From contig NC_087439.1 of assembly GCF_036321535.1 (NCBI RefSeq), forward strand, positions 68,882,001 through 68,946,000: DNA of 64,000 nucleotides, given 5' to 3'. The notes under the pieces are model-generated. The model was not told the origin of the DNA and did not search any database. It worked only from the letters and a program-made list of their open reading frames with translations. The DNA comes from Camelus dromedarius. Its lineage: Eukaryota. Positions 1 to 14,135 of this stretch are shown one piece after another. Each line of letters opens with the position of its first letter. The first letter of the stretch is position 1. Position numbers and translations under genes: made by a program.

Positions 1-611
1 CAAATAAACAGCCTCCACAATGGGACTATCAGGGAGGCTTTATCAATGGTTCAAATCTCTACCAGAAAAAATCTGCCTTAGCCCCTGCCATGTAAGAAAA
101 ATTATTCCATTCTCAGTAATGAGTTGTGGAAGCATTACACAGTGCTACGGAATAGTGTCCCCATCACAGATCACAAGCACCACAAAAACTGAGCCAATGA
201 ATTAGGCAGGTCAATTTCCCATGCCCGATTCTCCAGCCAGCTTAATTCCTTAGAATTCTGAAATTGCTACCTTCACACGTATATAAATATAAACCACAAA
301 TACAACTGCTCTGCAATTCTTCTTCTTGCTAAGCTTGGCCTGGCTGAAAGATTATTTGAAGGGTGTTCTATGTTTTTGCATCTGCTACAGGTTTTTTGCA
401 ACCAACACTCCATATACTTTTCCACCAGGCAAACAAACCTCTGAAACTCTAAAGCCAGCAAAAGGTGCCCCTTGACAAGCAGCAGGATTCAGCTTCAAAC
501 CTGGGAGTTAAATAACCATTTTATTGTCTTTTTGCTAAAAAAAAAAAAAAAAAAAAAGGAAGGAAGGAAAAGAAAGGAAAGGAAAGAAAAGGAAGTGAAG
601 GAAGGAAGGGA

Positions 612-829
612 NNNNNNNNNNNNNNNNNNNNNNNNNNNNNNNNNNNNNNNNNNNNNNNNNNNNNNNNNNNNNNNNNNNNNNNNNNNNNNNNNNNNNNNNN
701 NNNNNNNNNNNNNNNNNNNNNNNNNNNNNNNNNNNNNNNNNNNNNNNNNNNNNNNNNNNNNNNNNNNNNNNNNNNNNNNNNNNNNNNNNNNNNNNNNNNN
801 NNNNNNNNNNNNNNNNNNNNNNNNNNNNN
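612..829. other. Assembly gap (N-run), preceded by a poly(A)/(GGAA,GAAA) polypurine tract at ~537-611
   Basis: Run of N directly visible. Confidence 1.
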
Positions 830-1039
830 TGTGTCATGCATTCTCTGTTTCCAGATTGGCAAAATAAAAAAGATACAAGAAGTGACTTGGAAGATAATGT
901 TCAATAAAGCTCCCTTATCACACAAGAAGCCCTGCTGCAAGATTCTCAGCATCTCTTGAAAGGACAAATAAGTAGGAACAAAATAGACAAAAAAAGTATA
1001 AAAAAAGGGGCTGGACTGACCAGCGACTGATGCTTTGAA

Positions 1040-1135
1040 GAGCCAGGTGACAGACATATGGGGTGAGGGGCTCATACTCTATTCTATGTATAAGCTGGAA
1101 ATTTTTCATAATAAAGTTTTTTTAATTAAAAAAAG
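1040..1135 (+). mobile_element. Old L1 (L1M-type) extreme 3' end fragment
   Basis: ..tgtataagctggaaatttttcataataaag followed by an A-rich tail resembles L1ME/L1MD 3' termini. Short and degenerate. Confidence 0.4.
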
Positions 1136-2744
1136 AGGAAACTGGTTATTCGATAATAAAAACTGAGGACATCATATTCCTTTATCCCATGATTTCATAA
1201 TTCTAAATGTAATTATTTATGAGATTCATTCTCTATCAAAAAAAAAAAAACACCATCACAAGACTCACTGTATTGTTTTAATTTAATTGTCTTTATACCC
1301 AGTAGTCAGAGAACCTGACGACAGCAGAGCACGTCTTGCTCACAGCATCCAGCACAGCACCTGCGAATAATCAGTTGCTCACAATTTTAAAAGTTTGCTG
1401 AGAGAATGAATAAAATCCTATTTCTTTGTTTCACTGAAGAATTCACATTGTGCCCAATGGCACAGCATTCTCCCATTTCTCTTAAAAATAAAATTCTGAG
1501 TCTCAATTTTAACCAGGGGTCTGATTATTACAAAACATAAGACCAAGTAAGAAGACGTGAAACTTGTGAAATATGCCCTTATTTTTATCTGTCGCTTTAC
1601 ACAAAGACACTTCACTGTTTGAAACAGCTTCCTCAGTCCCACAGTGATAAAAAGGCCTTACAAAATGACCATTTCAATTGGATAAAATATATAAATGTCC
1701 CACCTCTTAATAAGCATCCATAATACTTGATATGCTTCTATAAACTGTTTCTTTATTCTCACCCAACTGCTTCCTTCCATACTCCCCCTCATTCCCCACC
1801 GCCAATATTCTACAGAGGCAGAAATCTCACCAGCACCAGGGGAAGTGAGGGCAGGAGCCAAACCCTTAACCACTGGCTTACACACACTATCCCCAGTGAT
1901 GCAAATCCTTGTCAGAACTCTCAGATTCCATCTCAGTTTTTCATCTGTTCAGTGCTTGGCCTCATCATGGGATCCACATCAAAGTTTCAAAAAAAGAACT
2001 TCCACTGTCAGTAGGGGAGGGGCATGGGATGAAGTGGGGCAAACCAGCCTTCGCTCTCCTTTGGAGACAGCAGAGGGAAGCTGATGCCTTCTCGGCATCT
2101 TAGGCAGATAGTCTGAGTGCCTTTTCCTATAGAAACAAAGAAACTTCCACGTCACTAAGGTGTAATTCAGGTACCCCAAGGATCAAACAGGATTTCCTGC
2201 TCTGAAGCAGCATCTGAGCACCCTATGAAACAAAGGGCAAACCTGCAAACAACTCCAGGAAATTCTTAGAGCGAGTCTTTTCTGTAAGACAGCTTCATGA
2301 CCCCAAGGAATAGGCATTTCTCCCGCCAGGTCACTGCAGGCAACATTTGGACTTTTGCCCTTATAGACAGTGATGGTTAAAGAAGATTCACAAAGGCACC
2401 CGATCAAACCACCTCGCAGACAGCATCATAGCTGAAGACTCCTTCCTTTAATTCTGTGCTATTTACATGACAGGATTTCAAGGGTGGGTTTTTGGGTTTT
2501 TTTTTTTTTTGTCTTCTTTCCATAGTGCTTTCTGAATTTTTCCTCCAATTAGTATGCATTACTTTCATAGGTCAAGGAATAAAATAACCATCAACAGATC
2601 TATCGAACAGAAAGAAAGAAAAATACTACTTTCGCTATGAAGGCGCGTTCACAGAACTCAGCGGTGATGGGGAAAGGGTGATGCGGGATTGAGTGCTACA
2701 GGCAGCAGGTCAACACCGGGACCTACACCTGTGCCAGGGGCTCC

Positions 2745-2880
2745 GGGGCCCAGGTGGTCTGTCTCCCCACTGGTTAGATGTTTGGTGTTGGGCAAACTAA
2801 CTTACTTCTCACCTGTTCACCTGTTAAGATGGAGCTAAGAGAACCTACTCAAAGGATGGCTGTAAGGATTCAATCTGTGT
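2745..2880 (+). mobile_element. MIR SINE fragment
   Basis: ttgggcaaactaacttacttctc..cctgttaagatgg..ctactcaaaggatggctgtaaggattcaa matches the MIR core. Confidence 0.7.
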
Positions 2881-3847
2881 ATTGCTATCCCCAACACAGC
2901 AAACTCTCCACACGTGGCCACTACTGTCACCCTCTCTGAATTCCTCTCACATCCTTCTTAGTGATCATCATCGTAATTCTCTGCTGTTACTGTGAGAATG
3001 CGTGTTGGTCAACCCTAAAGAGAAGGACTCTACACGGTCTATTTCTCATCATATTAGAGAAATGCTATTATAAATCGATGCTACATTTACTAAAATGCAC
3101 AGGAAGCCTTGGTAGTGAGTGAAAGAGCAAGCCAATGATTAAGTTAGTAAAGTGTGCAGAGTCCTGCATCTTCCGGCTTTAGCGTTTGATCCCGTTCCCA
3201 TGGATTAACGAGGATAACCTCATGAAATCCTGTTCACCCAGTATCTGCTTTACTTTGACTCCTCAATCTAGACCCTTTCATCTATACAGTTCTGGACTGA
3301 TGGGACCACTCTGTGACATCCAGAGTGCCCCAGTCACTGCTGATCTTGGCACTTGTGACAGACCAGTCAAGACACTATTATTGAGTTCCCTAATGACAGT
3401 TTTCAGTAAGAACATTTTCACACTAAAACACAGATGCCGCCACTAAAGTTGTAGATTGTGCTGGTCATGATTAGCAAAAGGGAGACAGGGAGATCAAGGC
3501 AGAAGGCAGAGGTGTGGGAGCAGATGGATATTTGAGAACAAGCACAAGTTCCGCATTTGCAGGACCGGGGGTCCCGTTTCTCCTTGCTGGCTGGCCAAGA
3601 GAGTCTGAGTCAGTTCTGTTTCCTGAATTTTCTGGCAAATGAGATCACTCCTTGCTCTACTGAGTACTTACCTAGAACAATTAAGTGAACTCAAATAAAA
3701 ATATATATAAACTACTGAGTGCACTGGGATTATTGTCATTATACATATAACAGTTTTAGATTAGTGCCCTCCCTCCAACTTTAATACCTTGGGAGAATTT
3801 GGAGCCTGCAGACTATTAGAGTATTTGCCATTCTGAAGACAGTAAAT

Positions 3848-3863
3848 GGGGGGGGGGGGGGGG
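3848..3863 (+). repeat. G16 homopolymer
   Basis: Directly visible run of 16 G. Confidence 0.95.
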
Positions 3864-4241
3864 CGGTGTTGTACACAAGGGTTCACACACAAGCATGTAT
3901 TGATGCCAACTGATCTGGTGCCGTGGAGGATAGTACAAGACACAGTAGCCCATCTGCACAGAGCCACCACCACCCTCTCCCTGCACACACTGCTCTGCTA
4001 TGTACGCTGGATGCTGGGGAGCCTCCAGCTACATCGAGGGCTCTACATTCTCGCTGTTCTCACTATCCATGGGCATTTTGTTGGATTCTGTGCAAGACCT
4101 GAGATAGCAGCTCTCGGCTCCACAGTGCTCTTTTAGTCATTGCCACAAGCTTATATGTAACATCCAAAGCTTTGCCATCTGTTAAAACCTAATAGAGGCC
4201 ACACCGTGTGCAAGATAAATATCCAAAGACCAAAAAAAAAA

Positions 4242-4273
<32 letters not shown>

Positions 4274-4289
4274 ACACATAAATTACCAG

Positions 4290-4735
4290 AAATACAAATA
4301 CAGCAATCCAAATGTCACTCAACAGATGAATGGATAAACAAAATGTAGTACATCTATCTAATAGGATATTATTCAGCCATAAAAAGGATAGCATGGATAA
4401 ACCTTGAGAACATTACACCAAGAGAAAGAAAGTTAATCACCAAAAAACCCACAAGTGGGCTGTATGACTCCATTCCTATGAAATGCCCAGAACAAGCCAT
4501 GTACAGAGACAGAAAGCGGACAAGGGGTTGCCAGGAGCTGAGGGCTTAGAGGATGACAGGTAAGAGGAATGGGGTTTCTCTGGGGGGAGGGTAATGAAAA
4601 TATTCTAAAATGGATTGTGGCAATAGACACACAGCTCTGAAAATACTATAAGTCATTAAATTTTACATTTTAAATGAGTGAATTATATACTATGTAAATT
4701 ATATCTCAGTAAAGCTGTTATTAAAAAACTGGGCA
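4290..4735 (+). mobile_element. L1MB-type LINE-1 3' end fragment
   Basis: aacagatgaatggataaacaaaatgtagtacatc..attcagccataaaaagga..aaccttgagaacattacac..tgtatgactccattcctatgaaatgcccagaacaag..tctcagtaaagctgtt are hallmark old eutherian L1 3' motifs. Confidence 0.85.
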
Positions 4736-5804
4736 TAAGTCATAAAAAAGGACACATAAAAATTTTAAAACATCAAAAGTATTCCAGGAAGACAAATTAA
4801 CAAAAGTGAAAAAGCAAACGATTTTATTTAAGTTTATTTTCATCATGAGTGTTTAAGGAAACACAACTGTTACTTAAAACAACAGATATTCATGGCGGGC
4901 TTTCCCATGAAGAAGAACCACTACAACAGAAGCACACCTTTTATCATGAAAATAATCATTTCAAATAAGAGTTAAATAAATGGATCAGACTTGCTCTTTT
5001 TCTAACACTAGGTCATGAAAATATTGTACTTAACTCATTCTGTGGATTTTCAGGGAAAATGAGAGCCATCCTCCTACTCGACTGCTGAGAATATAAGGGA
5101 GCCACGCGTTTTTCAAAGTAGTCTAGCTTCCTACAATGGATGCGGTTGGTCCCCTTGGACCCTTGGCCTCCAGCCATCTCCTACGTCGCCTCTAGTGCAG
5201 AGGTCACTGAGGGGTCATCAGTTTCACCAGTGCCCTCCAGGCGGGTCTGCACTGCAACCACACCTAAATGATCATCGTCCACCTTTACTTGGTTTTCAGA
5301 TCACAAAATTGCTAGTAATAGTGTAAAAAAATGAGATTCAAATTATTCCACTATAGGTATCTGAAAATATATATATGTGGTGTCTGTATATATATACGTA
5401 CATTTAAAAAGACAACTTCAGCACATTTTTAGAATATAGCATGTTTTAGAACGTAGGAAAACATTATACAGTAATTTTGCATTATGCCTGCATGATAAGA
5501 CACATGTCATTATATATGAACATATCATTTTTAATTCATCTTGCACAGCAGAACTCCAAGAAATTAATGATGGACCAACTGAAAAGTGTATGTAAAAGTA
5601 TGGGAAATTGAATCTTAACCCTGCATGCTTCTAAAAAAAAATACTACCACCCTCATCCAGATGCAGTTATAAAATTAAAATTCAGGAGAACTATTTTTCT
5701 AACTCACCCATCTTTCCCAAGCCTGACACTTGGACACACCATTTGCTTGTGAACCTTAGCCCCTAAACCCCAAAGGATGTTCTTTTACTCTACCATTGAG
5801 CTGG

Positions 5805-6120
5805 NNNNNNNNNNNNNNNNNNNNNNNNNNNNNNNNNNNNNNNNNNNNNNNNNNNNNNNNNNNNNNNNNNNNNNNNNNNNNNNNNNNNNNNNNNNNNNNN
5901 NNNNNNNNNNNNNNNNNNNNNNNNNNNNNNNNNNNNNNNNNNNNNNNNNNNNNNNNNNNNNNNNNNNNNNNNNNNNNNNNNNNNNNNNNNNNNNNNNNNN
6001 NNNNNNNNNNNNNNNNNNNNNNNNNNNNNNNNNNNNNNNNNNNNNNNNNNNNNNNNNNNNNNNNNNNNNNNNNNNNNNNNNNNNNNNNNNNNNNNNNNNN
6101 NNNNNNNNNNNNNNNNNNNN
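5805..6120. other. Assembly gap (N-run)
   Basis: Run of N directly visible. Confidence 1.
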
Positions 6121-7789
6121 AAAGACAATCAGCTTCCCTCTCTTTCCATTTGGTGAATTCTGAAGGATGGCTTCATAATAAACATATACACACACATTTC
6201 GAATTATTTTATTTACCAGGATAAATTGTGTGTGCTTGCTCAGAAGCAATCCTTTTTCATACCAAATGAAAACAGAATGTAGTTTTACTGGATATTAATA
6301 CATAGTAATTGCAACATTCATTTTAATACAAAAGACAAAGTAGGCAATCAACCTGGGCTTATTATTAAAATTGCAGTTTTTTCCCATTTAAGTTATTGAA
6401 TCCCCAAATGGAGATATTAAATGTATAAAAAAATGCTGAAGACAACCACAATACGGACTGCCGATCTTTAAAACAAAACCCTATTTTATGCTGTATATAT
6501 TATTTGAAAACACATTTAAATCCTTGTTACTGTCATTCAGTTTCAGAGGGGAAAGAATGGCGATTCAGTCCTTCCTATGAATGAAAGGACAAATATTTTG
6601 ACCAATTCTCATTTAATGAGAGGTATTTCAACACAGGGGCAATCAAACTTGGACAGTTCATTAAAAAGGCTAAGTCACAGTCCTTCTAAAAGGAAGTTCT
6701 GGTAACTATAAGCTACATTTTCCTGGAGACAGTCCGTGTTGTCTTCTGGCCACAAGCAAAGCCTTCTGCATTCATACTAGAGCAGCCACAAGACAGAGAT
6801 GCTCTCAAGGCATGTTTCCAGCTCCCGTCTCCCTGCCCCAGCCATGCAAGTCTGAACCTCACACCCATAAACCGAGGAGAAGGCGAGGAAAGGCTCTTAA
6901 TGACTGACCATCAGCATCAGCACCCTTATCGACAAGAATGAACAAAGCATCTGTAAGTGAAGTGTCCACCTGACCAGCATCGTCATCATCTCCTCCTGCC
7001 CTCTTCACAGTCCCAACGAGACAGGGAGGGGAAGAGACCACCCAGGATAGCAGCTAATCCACAGCAGACTGGAAACCAGGGCTCTGACTCTCAAGAAGCA
7101 AGTCCCCGCCCCTCACCCCCAATTCGTCCATAGGGTCCAATCTTGACTGTTGAAACAGGGGACCATGTTGGGTTTGCTGCCTACTAGGCTTCCCATAACA
7201 CCACCCACCCACGCAGCCCAGTGACAGCTGCTGCCACTCCTGAGCAGGAGGGGACTTATGCCCATACCCAGTCTTCAGTCCTCATTCTTCTAATAAAGGA
7301 GGCTTTCCTACAGAACTGGATCATGGGCTCATCCCAAAAAGCAGTCCTACAGGGAGAGGGTCAGAGCCAGGAGCAGGCTTGCTATGATGGTGTGACCACA
7401 GCAGCAGAAGGTTCTCTGCCTAGAGCAACCGAGCATCCTGATATACCCAGGACAGCCCCAGTTTATACTTGTATCCCAGCCACAATGACTAACAGCACTC
7501 TCTCTCACTCCTCAAAGCACCTCACTCTGAATAGTAAGTTATATGGTTGCTCCGTGTATATCTGTCTGGAGGAGTCCTGGTCTCGGTCTCCGGTCCCCGT
7601 CCTATGGTCCAGGACCACTCCCCCACCATTACCCACTTCTTTCCCATATTTAAGAAATGGCTAACAGTAATTAAGCATGACTAAAGTTCTATGTGAAACA
7701 GTAACTGGGTGATGAGATTCAAAGGAGATTAGGCACACCCTCAAACACCCTCCTCCACCCACACCCCTCATTTCTTCCCCCTGGCTGAC

Positions 7790-8075
7790 TCCTACCCCTA
7801 TGCAAAAACTCAGCTTTGGCACCTCCTCTAGGAAGCCCTCCCTGATATCGGCCTCATTTCTATCCTCAGAGAGGATGTCTGCATCAGGTGTTCCCCTGCT
7901 TCTCTTTCTACAGCCCCCCATTCCCTTGGTCTGTATCACCCACTTACTAATATGCACCCCCCACCTAGATAGTGAGCTCCTTGACGGTAGAGGCCATGCC
8001 TCCCAACCTCAGTATCTTAAGAACCCAGCTCAATGCCTGCCATATAGTGAGTGGGTGTTTAAATAATGTTCAGTG
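7790..8075 (+). mobile_element. L2 LINE 3' end fragment
   Basis: ctagatagtgagctccttgacggtagaggccatg..cagctcaatgcctgccatatagtgagtgggtgtttaaataatgtt matches the L2 3' terminus. Confidence 0.7.
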
Positions 8076-8849
8076 TATAATTTTTTTTAAGTATTTTGGG
8101 GCCACAATGTGAAGAGATTTTAGGTCTTACTCAGGGAACAGAGTTTCATGCTATGGACAAGGAAACATTTTAAGAAGGAAAAAGGACCTGATTTGTTTTT
8201 AGAAAGATGATTTTGGCCAAAGGGCAGAAGATGGTTTTGGAGGCCCTTAGCCAGTCCTTGCAAATAAATTCCCAAACAGTTAGATAATCACATCTTCACC
8301 TCATGTTTCATATCAGACCCATTTCCCTATTTTTTCCTATTACTCCACTTCCTTTAAACTTTGTGATCTTGCACTTGTAAAAACTTGAAGTTCTGTCTGT
8401 TTGTTTTATTTTGACTGTCACATTCCTCTCTCTCACTTGGTCTTCACCATAACCTTAAGATGAGAGGGGTCACACGCCTATTTTCTCCATGAAGAATCTA
8501 ATACAGACAAGTTGACCGACCCAAGAGCACGCAGCTAGTCAGTTTCTTTACTTCGCCCCTGAAGTATGAAACAAAGTAATTCCCTTCCTGATACCCTCAT
8601 TTTGTCAATGGCCCCAACATTTCCTTTACCACCTACATCAGAAATCGTGGTCATTTAAGGCCCAAATTCTCTGTCACGGGTTACTTCCAACAACCCTTCA
8701 CATTCTTCTTAATTTTCTCCTTTCTGATCTATCCATCCTCAGCTGGACCTCGCTACTTGCATCAAACATGTGCTCAGGGCCTAGAACCCTGAGCAACGGC
8801 TGTATCTGGTCTTCCATTCCTTCCCATTGCAGGGTATTCTAAACCCCCC

Positions 8850-9355
8850 AGACAGATGAATCCTGATAAAAGCTCTGCCTTCATTCAGTCACACCAGCTC
8901 GTGAAAGCCGACACTGGCTCCTGAGTAAATTCAGTGTCAAGTTCAATGTCACCAGAGTGGCATCTGAGGCCTCTTGGTTCTTGGTCTTATTTCCTCTCTT
9001 CCCCCTTATTACTACTACCCTCCAGCATGAATACCGTTCAGTCAGATCAGCCTCCTTGCAAATCTGCTCCGGGATCTACTCCCACACTGGTGCTTCTGCG
9101 CCCCACCTGTCTGTCAGGGTCCAGCTCCGCCCCCTCCTTTCCCAAGCACGCTGCTTGTTGCGTTTATATTTTAACATGGGTTTTGCCACCAAATGACCTA
9201 ATGACAGGATCTCTTCTATTCCGCCCCAGTTGTAGCACATGAACACGTGCTGTCGTCAAGACTGTATGCAGCCCCTTGAGGGCAGAGTCCTGTCGAAGCC
9301 TCCACTGGTCCACTTGCATGGGTCTCCCCTAGGCACTCATAGTGAGGCTTGGTCT
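8850..9355 (+). mobile_element. L2 LINE fragment
   Basis: Pyrimidine-rich L2 3' region ending gactgtatgcagccccttgagggcagagtcc..cctaggcactcatag. Confidence 0.6.
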
Positions 9356-10905
9356 TAACATTTTAAAATTTTAATATATCTGCTGAGCTTTTTTCTTTCA
9401 ATGTGGCATACAAAAGAGTTTAAGAGAGAACACCAAGGCCACGAGCCATCTGGAAACCACATTTTAGGAGGGATTTCGAAGGAACAGGGGGTTTTTAGAC
9501 TGAAGTAGAGTTGCCCCAGCTCTGTGTCCTCTGCATCGAAGGAGGACTGATAATAATTTCTAATTTTAGATGTTATGACTCTAGTTTTAAAAAAAAAAAA
9601 AAACTTTCTCCAGGGACTGTTCTTCATTTGGAGAAAGAATTTTTAAATTTCTTTGTTTTCAAAGTAAACGCAGGAATCCATTTAAGTGATGTATTCCAAG
9701 TATAAAAAGAAAAGAACCTTTCACTGAAGTATTCTAGAAGAAGATTTAATCTCAAAAATAAAGATTAGGAACAATTATGCAAAGTAAATGAAATTACCAA
9801 ATATAATGATGCAGTGCCTTTGAAAACCATAAAAGATACCAAAAGCCCAGTGGAAATATTTGCATTTCAAATACTGGGGGATGAAAGTTTCTACAAGAAC
9901 CAAAGTAGAAAAATCCAGCACTCCATAATGGTAAGGGCCTTCCCTAAAGTGCCTTCTTATGATTCAGTCCTTGAATTAAATGCACAGGTTACCTGCTTAC
10001 TCCAGATGTTTTAGCATCCTCACTATTAAAAAAACATTGTGTTATTACAGGCCAGCTTGCTCTCATTATGTGCATGATAAATGGGTTCCTGTCACTCCCA
10101 CATACTGTTTAGCTTGTTCTGCATGAAAGAATTCTAAATCTGATCTAAATCTGACCAAGAGAATCTAGGCCCAGCTCACTGAAGTCTACACAGCCATGTG
10201 AGAAGCAGTTGGTTTAAGGTCTAAATTCAGATACCGTGACTTGTTACACTGTGTTTTTTTCCTACTTCAATCAAAACCACAATAATTCTAATGCACCCCC
10301 TCCCTCAGAGTATTATGAAAGGTGTGTGAGCAAATAAAAAACCAAATGAGATGACCCAGGGTCTGCTCTTCTCCCTTGAAGCTGAACAGAAAATGACTCA
10401 TTATATTTGAGCTGAATGAACTTAATTTTAGTAATTCGGGGCTTTACAAAATGAATTGAGAATCAATGAAGTGGCTTTCTTTGCTTTCAATCCAAAACAT
10501 GAAAAGCTACTTCTTGTATTTAAATACCCTCATAAGCAGCCCAAATATCTTCACATTTCGACTACAGGACAGCTCCAAAGTGAACATATCTACCAACAAT
10601 TCCATTATCTGGGGACAATCCACTGCCTACAATGAATAAAAGCCCCCTAAAAGTAATTAAGGTAGGTGGAGAATAGAAAATTCAATTTTTTTAAAAGAAT
10701 CTCTCTGTTTTAAATAATGCAATTATATAAGCAGAATTAACCATCACAAAATGGCTTTTTTTCTTCCATATATCCTATAAAAGATGAGATTTACACTCTA
10801 AACATCTCTCTTAGAATGAGCTTTCTGGCTTTCCCATGTAAGTTGTGTGTCCTCAGTCTTACTGGCACATCCTCTACAGCACTATCGGTATTCCTCCCAG
10901 TTTTT

Positions 10906-10941
10906 ACACACACACACACACCCCCCACACACACACACACA
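10906..10941 (+). repeat. Interrupted (CA)n microsatellite
   Basis: Two (AC) tracts separated by a C-run. Confidence 0.9.
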
Positions 10942-12429
10942 GTTACAGACATGAAGAGTCAGTAGCTTCCTAAAACTAAATGCTTCCCTTCCATTATTAG
11001 ATTGCACTGTATTATATAATACAGTCTGGAAGACCTGGTTTTGTGCCATTATCCAGCACCCCTATACACCTTGAGAAGAAACTGTTACATACCCTTGTCC
11101 CCAGTTTCTGTTCAAAATAGACAATGGCAGTGAAAAAAAAAATCACAAGAACATGCCACATTTATCAGCATTGGTCACATGGATTTTTTAAATTAGACAA
11201 TGCTACAAAATACTTAAAGTTTGAGATTTATTCTATTTAATAATTACTATTAATATTTCATGGGCTATGTTAAAATATAAGATCCCCCATCACTAAAAAC
11301 AGTCCAATTAACAAATAAATAATAGACGAGCCACGAAATGCCTCCATGGTGAAACTTCCTCGCGGACTTGTTGGGAGGAAGCAGACATGTGCAAGTTGGA
11401 CATCCCAGGCCGGTATGCTCTTTTTGATAGTGAAAGCTTGCATTCAGCACAGAGTAAGTCAGAGGAAAAACAAAGTCAGAACACACTACTGGAATCTGTA
11501 AGTTGACAATCCAAGCAAAAGGCCAGAAATTAGGAACCAATTCTAAGCCAGACTCTTGCAGCTCCCTCGCTGGCAGCCTTGGCAAAGCATCCTCAGTGTT
11601 TAAGTAGCTTCACCCTCTTAACAGGGGCAAGCCCGTTTTAATTGCTCTCACGGCAGCTCAGTGAGGTAGGTTAAAAGAGACACAGGTCTTCAGATCATGA
11701 CCTGCAGAAATGCCTAACACCGACACTGATGTCAGGGTCGGGACACACTTTTGAAAACCCACTCGCTGCCTGTGGTGTCACCAGCTGAAGCCTCTTTGCT
11801 ACGTCTGTTGATTCAAAGAGTGTCAGGTATACATCTACAACGAATTAATCCTAGTGCCATTAGAAAGGAACTATGGTATTGTATTTATTTTAATAAAGCT
11901 CCCTATATGACATCAGACTAATTATCCAAGTCTAAAGAATGCAGCACACTACAGGGGAGCTACTGTTAGAACAGCAGGATGTCAGGGCTTAGCTCCGCTG
12001 GGTGCAAAGTACTTGGCCCATCAGGCAGAACAAATAAAATGCAGTGTGCTATAATTCCATTTTTCTTTAAAGATGCCTTTAAATGGTATAGTAAAGCAAA
12101 GTCTGTCATCTCATATATATTTATGGAATCATCTGGCTTTGGTGATACATCTAGAAAGTAACTAGTTCTCAAAGGAACAAATGTTTAAGATTTAGTGCAG
12201 ATAAGATTGCCAATGGGTCTTTTTAAACCGATATATATTTTAACTATAAAGGCTGTAAAAATGTAAATGTGCTGAATGGGAAAGAGATACGGACCTGAAT
12301 TGAAAAAGGGGACAGTAATGTAAAAGTACACATCCGTATTAAGCCTTTCGATCACACCACTAATGAAAATGCATATAAGAAATCACCTGCTTCAATACGG
12401 TTATTCCTCCAAAATAAAATTTATCTCTA

Positions 12430-12990
12430 CCTATAATTTACTGAGAAAGTCCCATAAGATCCTTCTTAATGGGACCATCATCCAAACAGAGATCTGCTCA
12501 AACACAGCATCTCTGCACTTCAGAAAGACCACAGTATAGTCACCTGCTGGTTTGTTCTCAGGTTCGCTGCTGCTTCTGCTCTGGAGGGAACAACACTTCC
12601 CAACAGGTTTGGCCAACAGGCAATACTGGTGCAAGACTAGAGAGCAGAGTTGGTCAGAGAGCAGAGAAGGGAGGATGTTTCTCCTTCTCCCTCTCTGCTT
12701 CTGGTACATCTCCAGCTCCCTGTATTAGTCTCGGCTCCTGCCAGGCAGCCCCCCATCCCCACCACGGTGGTTCTAGCTCCTTCTAAGATTGCTCTGGCAT
12801 CTGGGATCTGGAAACACCACCTGCTTCCATCATCTCTCCATCCTAGGGGTGATGTAGCTGCTGTCTGCTGTTGCTGGTCCCTGGGGTGCCTCACCATGGC
12901 CAGTCTGCCTCCTCAACTCTTACATCACCTCTGTCGACAATGCCCTGTTTTAAAATCCCTCTGTAAGGCCTGGAGTGGTTCCTGCACCCT
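12430..12990 (+). mobile_element. ERVL-class solo LTR (LTR16/33/41 group)
   Basis: ggtttggccaacaggcaatactggtgcaagactagagagcagag..tccttctccctctctgcttctgg..aaaatccctctg..gagtggttcctgcaccctga resembles the ERVL LTR architecture. Ends not resolved. Confidence 0.5.
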
Positions 12991-13104
12991 GAGCTAAGAG
13001 TCAGGAGACTTTTGTTTATCTCATCCTGTCTCTGCTCTCATGCGACCTTGGAAAAATTCACGCTCTTTCTAGGCTTGAATTCCCTCATTTAAAAATGAAA
13101 GACT

Positions 13105-13250
13105 GGAAAGCTTCTAAAATCCCAGCGTCCAGATCACACCCCATACCAATTCAATCAGAAGGTCTGGGGGCGGGAACCAGCGAATAGTATTTTTTAAAAC
13201 ATTCTCCAGGTGGTTCCAATGTACAGCAAAGCTTGGGAACTACTGCCCTA
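13105..13250. mobile_element. MER5-type hAT-Charlie MITE fragment
   Basis: aatcagaaggtctgggggcggg..ttttaaaacattctccaggtggttccaatgtacagcaaagcttgggaactactg matches MER5A/B. Confidence 0.75.
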
Positions 13251-14009
13251 GAAAGATGGAATGTGTACACCTGTCTTTGTTGTTTTCTAGAATATTCTAA
13301 GATAGTAGGATTACACTAAGAACAGCACATTTTCAAAAATTAACTCGGGTTGTTCCTAGGACTTTAACTGCGCTCTTAACTAGCTATCTTCCATTTTACC
13401 ATTCACTTGTAAGCAATGTGTACACTTAATCCATGCAATGCACTATACTCTGTCTAATTATTCAATTATCAAACGAATCCCTAGGAGCTAGACTGGGAAG
13501 TCATCGTAAACACCTTGAGGAAAAGACTTGAGATTAATTAGTTCCAAAAGGTCCCTTGGCCAAGGTCCGGCCTCATATCCCCATCTCTGCACTTTTCCCA
13601 CTGGAGCCTCCTGTTGCTTCTGTCTCCTACCTGGTTGAATTCATCTCCCTCCTCTGCTCTCAGAGAGCTAAATTCTACTCCTCTGAGCTGCTGAGAGTAC
13701 CAGTCACCTCTGCCTTGAATCTAATTCCATCAACTACGTACTCCTGGCTCCAACCTTTTCTGGCTCCACAGGCATCACCTCCCCTACCTTCTGGTCCCCC
13801 TGGAGCCCTCTCCGACCACTCCCAGCTCTGCTCACCAGTGAGCTCCCTGGAACTCTGGCAAACAGGCCTTCACTGGTAGTGACAAGCCCCAAGGACAGAA
13901 AATTAGCCCTTAAAATGTGAGCGCCAAGACCTGAACACAATTGAATGACAAGTTTGCATTGCTGCTCTTCCTCAAAGGGAAATGTGATCAACCCATGAAA
14001 AGCATACTT

Positions 14010-14135
14010 TAAAACCACAAATAATGACACTGTGATTCTGATGCAGGGGATCTGGGGTGGGCCAGAAATCTCCTTCTTTAATGAATACCCCAAGGGATTC
14101 TCGTGCAGGTGGTCCTTGGACCACACGTCAGGAAT
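14010..14135. mobile_element. MER5A-type MITE fragment
   Basis: gattctgatgcaggggatctggggtgggcc..ccccaagggattctcgtgcaggtggtccttggaccacac. Confidence 0.7.

Noticed and set aside
3860-4140. GC-balanced block with a 96-aa ORF that looked exon- or pseudogene-like
   Set aside because: No recognisable protein similarity, convincing splice-site pair or poly(A)/TSD. Cannot be supported without a search.
5183-5200. CTCF-like motif (reverse gcactagaggcg)
   Set aside because: One G short of the core consensus spacing, so a weak match expected by chance in 64 kb.
472-6249. ORFs of 100-184 aa containing poly-X (also those at 29114-29622 and 63548-63907)
   Set aside because: Artefacts of translating through N-gaps.
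10133-10154. 11-bp tandem duplication tctaaatctga x2
   Set aside because: Ordinary slippage micro-duplication with only two units and no spacers. It is not CRISPR-like, and no regularly spaced repeat array was seen anywhere in the window.
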